Shown: positions 13,701-26,330 of the stretch, piece by piece | How the letters are laid out: every line of letters begins with the position of its first letter | Position numbering within the stretch: position 1 is the first letter of the stretch | Translations under genes and position numbers: made by a program | Assembly: GCA_014905635.1 (NCBI GenBank) | Contig: JABVCE010000014.1 | Location: 372,001 to 436,000 of the forward strand | Direction of reading: 5' to 3' | DNA: 64,000 nt | From: Scenedesmus sp. PABB004 | Taxonomy: Eukaryota | The notes under the pieces: generated by a model | The model's database searches: none | Told to the model about the DNA's origin: nothing | What the model saw: only the letters and a program-made list of their open reading frames with translations

Positions 13701-16700
13701 AGTGGCTCAAGCCCATCATGTTCAGGTGGGCTGAGAAGGAGCCGGCGGCCCTGGCCGCGCCGCGCGACGGCGCCAGCGCGGGCGGGGCGCGCGCCGCCGC
13801 CTGCCGGGCCCCCGCCTACGCGGCGCGCGCCTCACCCGCCCCCGCGCGCCGCGCCGCCGTGCCGCGCAGCGGCGGCGTGGGCCAGATCGACCACCGCCAC
13901 CTGGCCAAGGCCGACGGCGAGCTGGGCATGCTGGTCGTCAAGATCGGCGGCCCCGCCTACCGCATCGGCATGGGCGGCGGCGCCGCGTCGAGCGTGCCGA
14001 GCGGCTCGCGCGGCAAGAGCGAGCTCGACTTCAACGCCGTGCAGGCGCGCGCGCGCGTGCGGGCGGCGGCGGCGCGCGCTGCTGGGCCGCGCGCGCGCGG
14101 CGGCGGCGTGCTGGGCCACGCGCGCGCGGCGGCGGCCGCGCTGGGCCGCGCTCGCGCGGCGGCGCCGCGGTCGCGCGGCGGGGGCGCGCCGGGGCGGCGG
14201 CACACAGGCTGCGCACCGCGCGCCCTCCCTCACCCTCCTGCCCGCCCTGCCCCGTCGCGCCGCCCCGCAGCGCGGCGACGCGGAGATGGCGCAGAAGCTC
14301 TGGCGCGTCGTGCGCGCGTGCGTGGAGCTCGGCGGCGCCAACCCGCTGGTGCAGATCCACGACCAGGGCGCGGGCGGCAACTGCAACGTGGTCAAGGAGA
14401 TCATCTACCCCCTGGGCGGCCAGATTGACGTCCGCGCCGTCAAGGTCCGCGCCGCGAACCTTGGACGCGCCGCGCGCTGCGCGTGCTGCGCGCCGCTGTG
14501 TTTTCATCACGCTTTATTGCGTGCTGCGAGCGGCGCGCCGACGCGCCGCCGCCGCCCCCGCGCCCGCCGCCACCGCCGCGGGCACAACAGGTCGGCGACG
14601 AGACGATGTCGGTGCTTGAGATCTGGGGCGCCGAGTACCAGGAGAACGACTGCCTGCTCATCAAGCCGGCCGACCGGGGGCTGCTCGAGGCGATCTGCGA
14701 GCGCGAGCGCTGCCTCATGCAGGTGCGGCGCCGCGGCGGCGCTGGGCGTTTGCGTTTGGCTGTGTTGAGCGTTGGTGTTGACACGTGCGTGCGCGGGGCG
14801 TGCACGCGCGCGCGCGCCGCGCGCGCGGCGGTCGCGCGTGCTTCACGACGCCTGGGACGCCTTCGCGGCGTTGCTGCGCCGCCAGCACGCGCGGCGGCCG
14901 CGCGCGCGGCGCGCGCAGCGGCGCTGGCGCCGCCTGTGCCGCGCGCTTGCGCCGCGCGCCGCGCCCCGCGCCCCGCTGGCGCCGCTGTGTTGTGGCCGTG
15001 CGCTTGCCGTGATGCTTCACACCAATACATGTTAGACTACCGACCGGGGCGCCCTCACACGGCCCCCGGGCTGAGTTCAACACTTCCGTGACTGAGCAAG
15101 CAGTCCCCGCGCGCGTGCGCTGCGCGTGCCGAGCGTGTGCTGCGTGTGCTGCGTGTCGGGCCGTGCGCGGCGGCGGCGGCGGCCTGGCGCTGATGACAAC
15201 ACCAGCAGGAGCCGCGCGCGGCGCTGAGCTGCACACAATTAGACTACAATTCTCTGAGCCACGCGCCCGCCCCTGCCCCTCATCCGTGCCTCGCGCCTCC
15301 CCGCGCACCCACTGGCCCTGGCCCTCACAACCCCCCGCTCCCGCTTCCCCACCCACACCCACACACACCCGCACGCGCTCGCCCGCCCGCAGGTCATCGG
15401 CACGATCGACGGCAGCGGGCGCGTGACGCTCGTCGACCGCCTCGCCGAGCCCGGCACGCCCACGCCGGTCGACCTCAACCTCGACCAGGCGCGCCGCCGC
15501 CTTGCCTGCTGCCGCGCTGCCTGCTGCCCTGCCTGTCTGCTGCGGCCGCGCCGCGCGGCCCTGCCGCGCGGCTGCCGCCGCCGCGCCACGCGCTGCGCCC
15601 CAAGGGCCTCACCCGCGCCCGGTCCTCTGCACGCACCCACCCGCCGCCGCCGCCGCCTAAACCCTAGGTGCTCGGCAAGATGCCCAACAAGACCTTCACC
15701 TTCACCAGCGCTGACCCCGCGCTCGCGCCGCTGGCCCTGCCCGAGGGCACGACCCCGGGCGACGCGCTCGGCCGCGTGCTGCGCCTGCCGGGCGTCGGCT
15801 CGAAGCGCTTCCTCACGACCAAGGTCGACCGCCACGTCACGGGTGCGCGCGCGCCGCCGCCGCTGTTTGGTTGCCCGCGCGTGCCGCTGGCGTGTGTGTG
15901 TGTGTGTGTGTGCGTGTGTGTGTGTGCGCGTGCGCGGGGGCCCGCGCGCCAGCCGTCCGAGGATGCGAAAAGAAATTCCATGCTAATTCCTAGCCCCCCC
16001 TCGCGGGGTGAGTGCAGAGACTCCTTTCTCACCAAGATCTGCACTGAGGACAGCCACACCGCGCGCGCCGCGCGCCCCGCATCGTGTTGGCCCTGCGTTG
16101 ACCGCGTCGCTGCCTGCGCTGCCTGCGCGCCGTCGCCGGCCGCGCACGCCGCGCCGCCGCGCCGCTGACGCCGACGCGCCCGCCCCGCGCCCCGCGCCGC
16201 CCCGCGCCGCCGCGCAGGCCTCGTCGCGCAGCAGCAGTGCGTCGGCCCGCTGCAGCTCCCCGTCGCCGACGTGGCCGTGTACGCGCAGAGCCACTTTGAC
16301 ACGACCGGCCTCGCGACCTCCATCGGCGAGCAGCCGCTCAAGGGCCTGCTCTCGCCCGCCGCGATGGCCCGCCTCGCGATGGGCGAAGCGCTGACCAACC
16401 TCTGCTGGGCCTCGGCGACGAGCCTCGCCGACGTCAAGGCGAGCGTTAACTGGATGTACGCCGCCAAGATGGGCTCCGAGGGCGCCGCGATGTACGACGC
16501 CGCGTGCGCGCTGCGGTGAGTGCGGCGCCGCAGGGGCTGGCGGCGCGCCGCGGCGCGGGGGCTGCGCCGCGTGTGCGCGTGCGTGCGCGCGCGCGTGCGT
16601 GCGTGCAGGCGTGCTGCGCGGCACGGCGCGGTGCGGTGATGATGCACCCCAATCATGCCAGTTCTGCTGCTGAGAACAACCGTGCTGAGAGCGTTGGGTA

Positions 16701-17479
16701 CGCATCACTGAGCACTGCCGCCGCCGCCTGGCGCCCCGCGTGTGCGTGCGCGTGTGAGTGTGAGCGTCGGCGTGAGCGTGCGCGCGCGGGCCGCGAGCCC
16801 GCTCGCGCCCCGCGCGGCGGCAGCAGCAGCTGCTGCCGCGGCGGGGGCGGTGGGGCCTGCCGGTGATGAGAACGATTCTCATTCATGCGTGTCAGTTGAG
16901 GCGCGGCCCGGGGTTCCCCGGCGCCGCCCGCTGAGATCAACCTAATCTTCTCTCTGAGGCCACCCACTCGCTCGCTCGCTGTTGCTCGCGCCGTTGCTGC
17001 CGCATGTCGCGTGTCGCGTGCCGCCGCCGCCGCCGCCGCCGCCGCGCCCCGGCCGGTGATGCACAACCGTTATGTATTTGCTACTCTTGAGCTCGCTCGG
17101 TGACGAAACAATCTCCACCAAGATCTCTGAGGCCCCGCGGCGCGCGGGCGGCGGCTGTGCGCGGCGGCGGCTTGTGCGCGTGCGCGTGTGTGAGGTGCTC
17201 TGCTCCTCGTCGCAGTGGACCCTCCCTTGCGCCTCTCTCTCCTCCTCCCTCTCCACGCGCACCTCTCACGCGCGCCGCCGCTCCCCCACCCCTTCGCCGC
17301 GCCGCAGTGACGCGATGATCGAGCTCGGCTGCGCCTGCGACGGCGGCAAGGACTCGCTCTCCATGGCCGCCTCGGCCGGCGGCGAGACGGTCATGGCCCC
17401 CGGCAACCTCGTCGTGTCGGCCTACGTCGGCTGCCCAGACATCACCAAGGCGCGTGGCGCCGCGCGCAGCTTGGCCTCG

Positions 17480-17510
<31 letters not shown>

Positions 17511-20500
17511 CGCCTGCTGCGCGCGGCCGGCCGCCGGCCGTGGGCGACCACGCCCCGAGGGCTGAGCTGAGCGCCGCCGGCGCGCCCGCGCCGCGCGCAG
17601 GTGGTGACGCCCGACCTGAAGCTCGCGGGCGAGGGCGGCCTGCTGCTGCACGTCGACCTCGCGTCCGTGCCGGGCGCGCGCCGCCTCGGCGGCTCCGCGC
17701 TCGCGCAGGCCTACGACCAGGTGCGGCCGACGACCAGGCGGCGGCGGCCTCCTGCCGCGCCGCGCGCGCGCGAGCGAGGGCGAGGGGAGAGGGGGCGCCT
17801 CGGTCTCCCTGCCTGCTGCCTGCTGCCGGCGCCAGGGGTGCCGGCGCCGACCGCGCCCGCGCCCGCGCCGCGCGCCCCGCAGCTCGGCGACGACTGCCCG
17901 GACGTGCTGCCGGCGCAGCTCAAGGCGGCGTGGGGCGCGGTGCAGGCGGCGGTCGACCGGCGGCTCGTGTCGGCCGGGCACGACGTCAGCGACGGCGGCG
18001 TCGCGACCGCACTCCTGGAGATGGCCTTTGCCGGTGCGCGGCGCCGCGGCGGGGACGGCGCCGCGCGGCGCGGGCCGCGGGCCGCGGCGCGCGGGCAGGC
18101 GCGGCGCCCTCCCTGCCAACCCTCTCGCCGCTGCACGCACGGGCGGACACACTAGAGTCACTCGCATGCCCAAGCCCCGTGGCATGACGCAGCGCTTACT
18201 CCCGCCCAGAGCACAGCTGCTGCGCGCGGGGGCGTCCGCCGGCCGGCCCGCGCCCAGCGGCGGCCGCTGCCCCCGGCGCATTCATCTTTTCCCTTTCCTC
18301 CCCCTCACCCCCTCGTCCCCGTCCCGCCGCGCCTCCCCCGCACGCCCTGCCGCCCGCCCGCCGCCGCTCACCCGCGCCCGCCGCCACCCGCCGCCGCCGG
18401 CCTCCCCCGCCAGGCAACTGCGGCATCGAGGTCGACCTCCCCGCGCCGGCCGTGTGCGCGTCGGCCGAGCTCGCGCCGTATGCGGCGCTGTTTGCGGAGG
18501 AGCTCGGCCTGGTGCTCGAGGTCTCCCCCGCCAACGCGGCGGTCGTGAGCAGCCTCTTCAACCAGGCCGGCGTGCCCTGCGCCATCATCGGCAAGGTGCG
18601 CGGCGCGGCGCACACAGCGCGCCGCCAGGGGCCGCGGGGCGCGGCGCAGCGCTCGCCGCCAGCGGGCGTGCGGCTCCGCGCCGACGCGTCCCGCGCCGCC
18701 CCCGCCGACGGCGGCCGCAGGTGCTGGCGGAGCCGCGCGTCGACGTGCGCGTGGGCGGCCAGCCTGCGCTGTCGGGCAGCACGCCCGCGCTGCGCGACGT
18801 GTGGGAGGAGACGAGCTTTGCGCTTGAGCGCCTGCAGGCGTCCGAGGAGTGCGTGGCGCAGGAGCAGGCGGGCCTGGCGGGCCGCACCGCGCCGGCGTGG
18901 GTCGTGCCCTTCACGCCGACGTTCACCCCCGCCGACAAGCTCAGCGCGGCTGACAAGGTGCGTGCGTGTGTGCGCCGCGCGGGCCGCCGCCGCCGCCGCC
19001 CCGGGCGACAGGTCGCTTGCCACCCCGCGTTGCCCACCCCTCGCTCACTCGCCGCCCGCGCGCCGCGGTCCCCCGTCGCCCCGCGCCCCACCAGGTGCGC
19101 GTCGCGGTCATCCGCGAGGAGGGCAGCAACGGCGACCGCGAGATGTCGGCGGCCGTGTACGCAGCGGGCATGGAGCCGTGGGACGTCACCATGAGCGACC
19201 TGCTCGCCGGCCGCGCCAGCCTCGACTCGTTCAGGCGCGCCGGCGCGACGCCGCGCCGCCGCGCCGCCGCCGCCGCCGCGCCCCGCCCCTTCCTCTGCAC
19301 GCGCCGCGCTCGCCCCGCGCTCACCTCCCCCCGCCCCTCCTGCCCCTCCCCGCCCTGCCCCTCCTGCCCCCCTGGCCCTGCCGCCGCGCGCGCAGGGGTC
19401 TCATCTTTGTGGGCGGCTTCAGCTACGCCGACGTGCTCGACAGCGCCAAGGGCTGGGCGGGCGCGATCCGCTTCAACGACCGCCTGCTCTCTCAGTTCCA
19501 GGCCTTCTACAACAGGTGAGGGCGAGGGAGGGCGAGAGTGTGAGAGCGAGAGAGGGAATGACAGCCCCCGGCAGTGTGCTGTGCGTGTGGTTGGGAGGGG
19601 CGTGTCGGGGTTCTCACCGGGTGGGGGGCTGGGCTGGGCGCGCCGCCCCAACGCCGCCCCAACGCCGCGCCCGCCGCCCGCCCGCCCGCCGCGTGCGCCA
19701 GGCCCGACACCTTCTCCCTGGGCATCTGCAACGGCTGCCAGCTCATGGCGCTGCTCGGCTGGGTGCCCGCGACCGCCGACGCGAGCGGCGGCACCGCCGC
19801 GCAGCTGCCGGACCTGCAGCAGCCGCGCTTCGTGCACAACAAGTCTGGCCGGTGCGCGCCGCGCGCGCGCCGGGGCACGCAGCGCGGGGCCGCGCGGGCT
19901 CCGCCTTGGGGCGCCGCCGCCGTTCCGCTGTGGGGCGGCCCCCCCGCGCTCACGCGCCCGCGCGCCCGCGCGCGCGCCCGCACGACCGCAGTTTTGAGAG
20001 CCGCTGGCTGACGGTGTCCATCGCGGAGGACAGCCCGAGCATGTGGCTCGCCGGCATGGGCGGCGCGAGCCTCGGCGTCTGGGCCGCGCACGGCGAGGGT
20101 CAGGTGCTCTTCCCCGACGCCGCGGTGCAGGCGGCGGTGCTCGACGGCAAGCTCGCCCCGATCAGGTGCGCGGCGCGGCGGCGCGCGGCGCGGCGTGCGT
20201 GTGCGTGTGAGTGTGAGTGTGAGTGTGCGTGTGCGCGTGCGCGTGCGCGTGCGTGTGGGGCGCGCCCGGCCCGCCGGTGAGGAGCACACCAATCGTTGTT
20301 GAGAGCTGAGCGCGGCCGCCCGCGGGGCACGCGGGCGGTCGGTGAAGCCAACCCTGGTTCGCTCGACTGAGGCGTGGCGCGCGGGCGTGCAGCGTGCCGC
20401 GCTGCGCGCTGCCGCGCCGCCGCGCTCCTTTCCTCGCCTCCCGTCCGCGTGGGGCGCCGCCGCTCACCCGTGCGCGTCGCCCTGCCGCCGCCGCCGCCGC

Positions 20501-20786
20501 CGCTGCGCTGCCCGCCAGGTACGTCGACGCGAGCGGCGCGCCGACGGAGGCGTACCCGTTCAACCCCAACGGCTCGCCGCTCGGCATCGCGGGCCTCTGC
20601 TCCGCCGACGGGCGCCACCTGGCGATGATGCCCCACCCCGAGCGCTGCTTCCTCGCCTGGCAGCTCCCCCACGTGCCCAAGGGCGTGGGCCTCGACCCCT
20701 ACGGCCCCGCGCCGTGGCTGCGGCTGTTCCAGAACGCGCGCGCGTGGGCCGAGGCGACCGCGCCGGCCGAGGAGGACGCCGCGTGA
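9798..20786 (+). CDS. purL: Phosphoribosylformylglycinamidine synthase (large PurL/PUR4) with organellar transit peptide, about 29 exons
   Basis: Motifs EVGPRTNFSTAWSTNA, HDRMTE, QSNSEHSRHWFF, TAETHNFP, GAETGAGGRMRD, IHDQGAGG, GGKDSLSM, REEGSNGDREM, GGFSYAD, LGICNGCQL, AHGEG, MMPHPER. Stop at 20784-20786. Confidence 0.95.
11392..11473 (+). ncRNA. Intronic box C/D snoRNA candidate, 18S guide (U45/Um172-like site)
   Basis: 7-bp terminal stem GGGAGCC/GGCTCCC. Degenerate C box GTGACAT, D' CTGA, C' GTGCTGA, D CTGA 11463-66. Guide ACGCACGTATTA is antisense to chlorophyte 18S UAAUACGUGCGU. Confidence 0.7.
11536..11619 (+). ncRNA. Intronic box C/D snoRNA candidate, 25S guide
   Basis: Stem GCGGCCC/GGGCTGC, C box ACGATGA, D CTGA 11609-12. 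Guide CTTGGAGACCTGA is antisense to 25S UCAGGUCUCCAAG; the D+5 rule gives the first G. Confidence 0.75.
11662..11763 (+). ncRNA. Intronic box C/D snoRNA candidate, copy 1 (snR79-like 18S guide; possible snR69-like 25S guide)
   Basis: C box ACGATGA, D CTGA 11757-60. Guide ACTATGACGGTA pairs with 18S UACCGUCGUAGU (one G-U). Upstream CTAATCCCAGCTC pairs with 25S GAGCUGGGUUUAG (one mismatch). Confidence 0.75.
11837..11938 (+). ncRNA. Intronic box C/D snoRNA candidate, copy 2 (identical duplicate of 11662-11763)
   Basis: 102-nt exact duplicate bounded precisely by the GGC/GCC terminal stem; the flanks differ. Confidence 0.75.
13008..13093 (+). ncRNA. Intronic H/ACA snoRNA candidate guiding 18S pseudouridine in GAGUA-U-G-GUCGCAAG
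   Basis: Lower stem CCCTGGC/GCCAGGG followed by ACA (13088-90). Upper stem GTGGC-CCGCG/CGCGG-T-GCCAC. Pocket arms CTTGCGAC and TACTTT pair either side of the target U; 15 nt to ACA. Confidence 0.7.
15002..15101 (+). ncRNA. Intronic box C/D snoRNA candidate (snR58-like, 25S AGU-Cm-UAAC)
   Basis: Stem GCTTGC/GCAAGC, C GTGATGC, D' CCGA, D CTGA 15092-95. Guide ATACATGTTAGACT is antisense to 25S AGUCUAACAUGUAU. Confidence 0.75.
15186..15260 (+). ncRNA. Intronic box C/D snoRNA candidate, 25S 5'-domain guide
   Basis: C box TGATGA, D CTGA 15254-57, GGC/GCC stem. Guide TAGACTACAATTC is antisense to green-lineage 25S GAAUUGUAGUCUA. Confidence 0.7.
15955..16051 (+). ncRNA. Intronic box C/D snoRNA candidate, double guide (18S snR53-like plus 25S)
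   Basis: Stem GTCC/GGAC, degenerate C AGGATGC, D CTGA 16044-47. Guides ATTCCATGCTAAT (18S AUUAGCAUGGAAU) and CACCAAGATCTGCA (25S UGCAGAUCUUGGUG). Confidence 0.75.
16631..16715 (+). ncRNA. Intronic box C/D snoRNA candidate (U38/snR61-like, 25S AGC-Am-GAAC)
   Basis: Stem GTGC/GCAC, perfect C GTGATGA, D' CTGA, C' GTGCTGA, D CTGA 16708-11. Guide GCCAGTTCTGCT is antisense to 25S AGCAGAACUGGC. Confidence 0.8.
16858..16960 (+). ncRNA. Intronic box C/D snoRNA candidate guiding U6 snRNA (A47, C77) and 25S
   Basis: C GTGATGA 16863-69, D' TTGA, D CTGA 16954-57. Guide CTAATCTTCTCT is antisense to U6 AGAGAAGAUUAG. Guide CATTCATGCGTGTCA pairs with 25S UGACGCGCAUGAAUG and with U6 UGACACGCA. Confidence 0.8.
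17051..17134 (+). ncRNA. U24: Intronic box C/D snoRNA U24 (SNORD24/snR24) homologue
   Basis: Stem GGCC/GGCC, C GTGATGC, D' TTGA, C' GTGACGA, D CTGA. Carries both U24 signature guides TATTTGCTACT and CCACCAAGATCT in the canonical order. Confidence 0.88.
18141..18215 (+). ncRNA. Intronic H/ACA snoRNA candidate (snR191/U19-like, 25S helix 69)
   Basis: Stem GGGCGG/CCGCCC followed by AGAGCA(CA). Upper stem CATGCC/GGCATG. Pocket arms AGAGTCA and TTACTC pair with 25S GAGUAA-CUA-UGACUCU. Confidence 0.6.
20272..20374 (+). ncRNA. Intronic box C/D snoRNA candidate, double guide (5.8S 5' end plus 25S 5' domain)
   Basis: Stem CGCC/GGCG, C GTGAGGA, D' CTGA 20306-09, D CTGA 20367-70. Guides CGTTGTTGAGAG (chlorophyte 5.8S CUCUCAACAACG) and CTGGTTCGCTCG (25S CGAGCGAACCGG). 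Confidence 0.75.
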
Positions 20787-21503
20787 GCGCCGCCGGCGCG
20801 CGTGCGCGCGCGTGCGACGTTTGTGCGCATGTCGGGAGCGGGCCGCATGGGGCGGGGCGGGCGGCATTGGAGCTGGCAGGAGGAGGCAGGGACGCAGGGG
20901 GGAGGGGGCAACCGGGGGCTGGCGGCCTGCATCCCAGGCGCGCCGGGGCCGGGGCGCCGCGCCGCGCCGCGCTGCGCGGGGCGCGCGTGTGTGTGTGTGT
21001 TGGCCTCTGTACACTAGAGGACCCGCCGTGGGCGGCGCGTGACCCACTGACCGGCCCGCCCGCGCCGCCGGGGGGCATTTTGTGATGGTGGCGGCCTCCC
21101 TGGTCTGGTCGGCGTCTTTGGCGGCAGCGGCGAACGCCGCCGCACCTCCGTAACTTGTGACGACGACGTCAAAGAGTCAAGCCCTGGGCTCAGCGGCGGC
21201 AGCGCGGCCGCCCGGATCCTACTGCGCGGCAGCCCGTCGTCGGCAGCGCCTGCCGACGCGCCCACGCGCGTGCGCCGCCGCCGCGACACCTGCGCAGCAC
21301 CTACGCAGCACCTGCGCAGCGCTGCTCTTCTGGCATCGCGCCGCGCAGCACCGCAGCCCCCGCGTGGAGCCGCGCCCGTGCGCCACGGCACCCCCTTGTG
21401 CTCCTCGTTGGGCGGCGCGCAGCGTCAGAGGAGCTGCGGCACTCGCGCGCCGCCGCCGCTGCTGCGTCACTGGGGGCCCTTGCCGCGGCGGCGCGCAGCC
21501 GGC

Positions 21504-22671
21504 ATGGCGCTCAGCGACGAGCGGGCGACGCAGCTGCTGAAGCTCTGGGACGCTCACATCGACACCGAGTTTAGCGAAAAGAGCGCCGACGCCGCGGTGG
21601 CGACGATGGTGCGCGCCGCGCGGCGCGCCTGCCAAACGCCCGCGCCGGCGCGCGCCCACGCCCCCGGCCGCGCCCCCAGGTCGACCGCGCGACCGTGAAC
21701 CACGTGCCGACCATGACGGGTGCGCGCCGGCCCGCCGCCCCCCGCCGCCCCCCGCGCCGGCCCGCGCCGGCCCGCGCGCGGCGCCGCCGGCCGCGGGCTG
21801 CCCGCCGCGCGGCCTCCCCACGCGCCCGCATCTCTCTCTGCGGCGCGCGCAGGCGGCGCGGGCCGGGAGGCGCTGCGGCAGTTCTATGCCAAACACTTTA
21901 TCCCGCGCATGCCGCCCGACGTCGACATCGCGCCCGTGAGCCGCGCCGTCGGCCGCGACGCGGGCGGCGGCGAGACGGTCGTGGATGAGGTGAGCCGCGC
22001 CTGCGTCCCACACACGCAGCACACGCAGCACACGCAGCACACGCAGCACACGCAGCACACGCAGCACACGCCCACGACCCCGCGCTCACGCCCGTCCACG
22101 CCGCCGACGCGCCCGCCCGGGCATGCTCACCCGCCGCCCGGCCCGCGCCGCCCTCCTCAGTTCATTTTCAGCTTCACGCACAGCACAGTCATGGACTGGA
22201 TGCTCCCAGGCGCGCGGCACACGCCGGCCGCGCAGCCCGGCGCGCGCGCGCGCGGGCGGCCAGGGCGCGGGCGGCCCGCGCGCGCGCTCGCGCCGGCGCG
22301 CACCCGCACGCACGCCGACGCGCCGCGTGCGCAGGCCTGGTGCCCACGGGGCGCCGCGTGAGCGTGGCGTTCATCGTCGTCGTCAAGTTTGAGGGTGCGC
22401 GCCGCCGCGGCAGCGGCACGCGGCTCGGCGGCCAGCGCCCTCGGCGCGCGCAGCGGCGGCGCCGGCTCGTCTGCAGGCTCAGGCGAGCGCCCCGAGCGCG
22501 CGCGCAGGCGAGAAGCTTTCGGCGGAGCGCATCTACTGGGACCAGGCGACCGTGCTGAGGCAACTCGGGCTGCTGCCGGAGGGCCTGCCAGTGCCCGGCG
22601 CAGAGGCGGCAGTCAAGGCGGCCGACCACGCCGCGGCGCAGAGCAACGCCCTGATCCCGCCAGGCGCCTGA
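21504..22671 (+). CDS. SnoaL-like / NTF2-fold polyketide cyclase family protein, 6 exons
   Basis: Spliced protein: LWDAHIDTEF...VNHVPTMTGGAGREALRQFYAKHFIPRMPPD...VVDEFIFSFTH..MDWMLPGLVPTGRRV...ERIYWDQATVLRQLGLL. Stop at 22669-71. Confidence 0.85.
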
Positions 22672-22888
22672 GCTCCAGCCTCGTCTGTGTGCTGTGTGTG
22701 CTGCGCTGGCGGAGCGAGCGAGCGGGGGGGGGGGGGGGCACGGGCAAGCGCTGACAGGGTGGGCGGGGCATGACAACGTATCGGTTACAAGCTGACGCCG
22801 CAGCGACCGTCGCCGCCCGGCTCACGGCACTCGCCACGCGCGCGCCGCAGCCCGCACGACCCGGCCGCCGGGGGCTGCCGCCGAGCGC

Positions 22889-26075
<3,187 letters not shown>

Positions 26076-26330
26076 CGTGGCGGCGCTGGAGGGTGCGAGG
26101 TCGAGGAGACGGCCGGGCTGCGGCGTCGGGAGTGGGCGCGGCGGCGGGCGGCGCCTGTACAAGGCGCGGCAGAGGCGGAGCTGTCACGCGGGGCTTTGCG
26201 GGCCCGCGCCGCGGCAGGGCGCGCGCAAGCGCCGCCCACGCGAGCCGAGCACACAGCCCGCACGTCGCCCCGCACCTGGCTCGCCCCCCCGCGCCCAACG
26301 CGTGGCCGCCCCGCCCGCACGACGCGCCAA

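Noticed and set aside
14487..14540. Hairpin with an internal loop in a purL intron resembling an H/ACA pocket
   Set aside because: No ACA/AGA box at the right distance and no convincing target; possible but unsupported.
22011..22070. (CACGCAGCA)n giving Cys-rich or QHT-repeat ORFs
   Set aside because: Intronic microsatellite in the SnoaL gene, not a metallothionein-like peptide.
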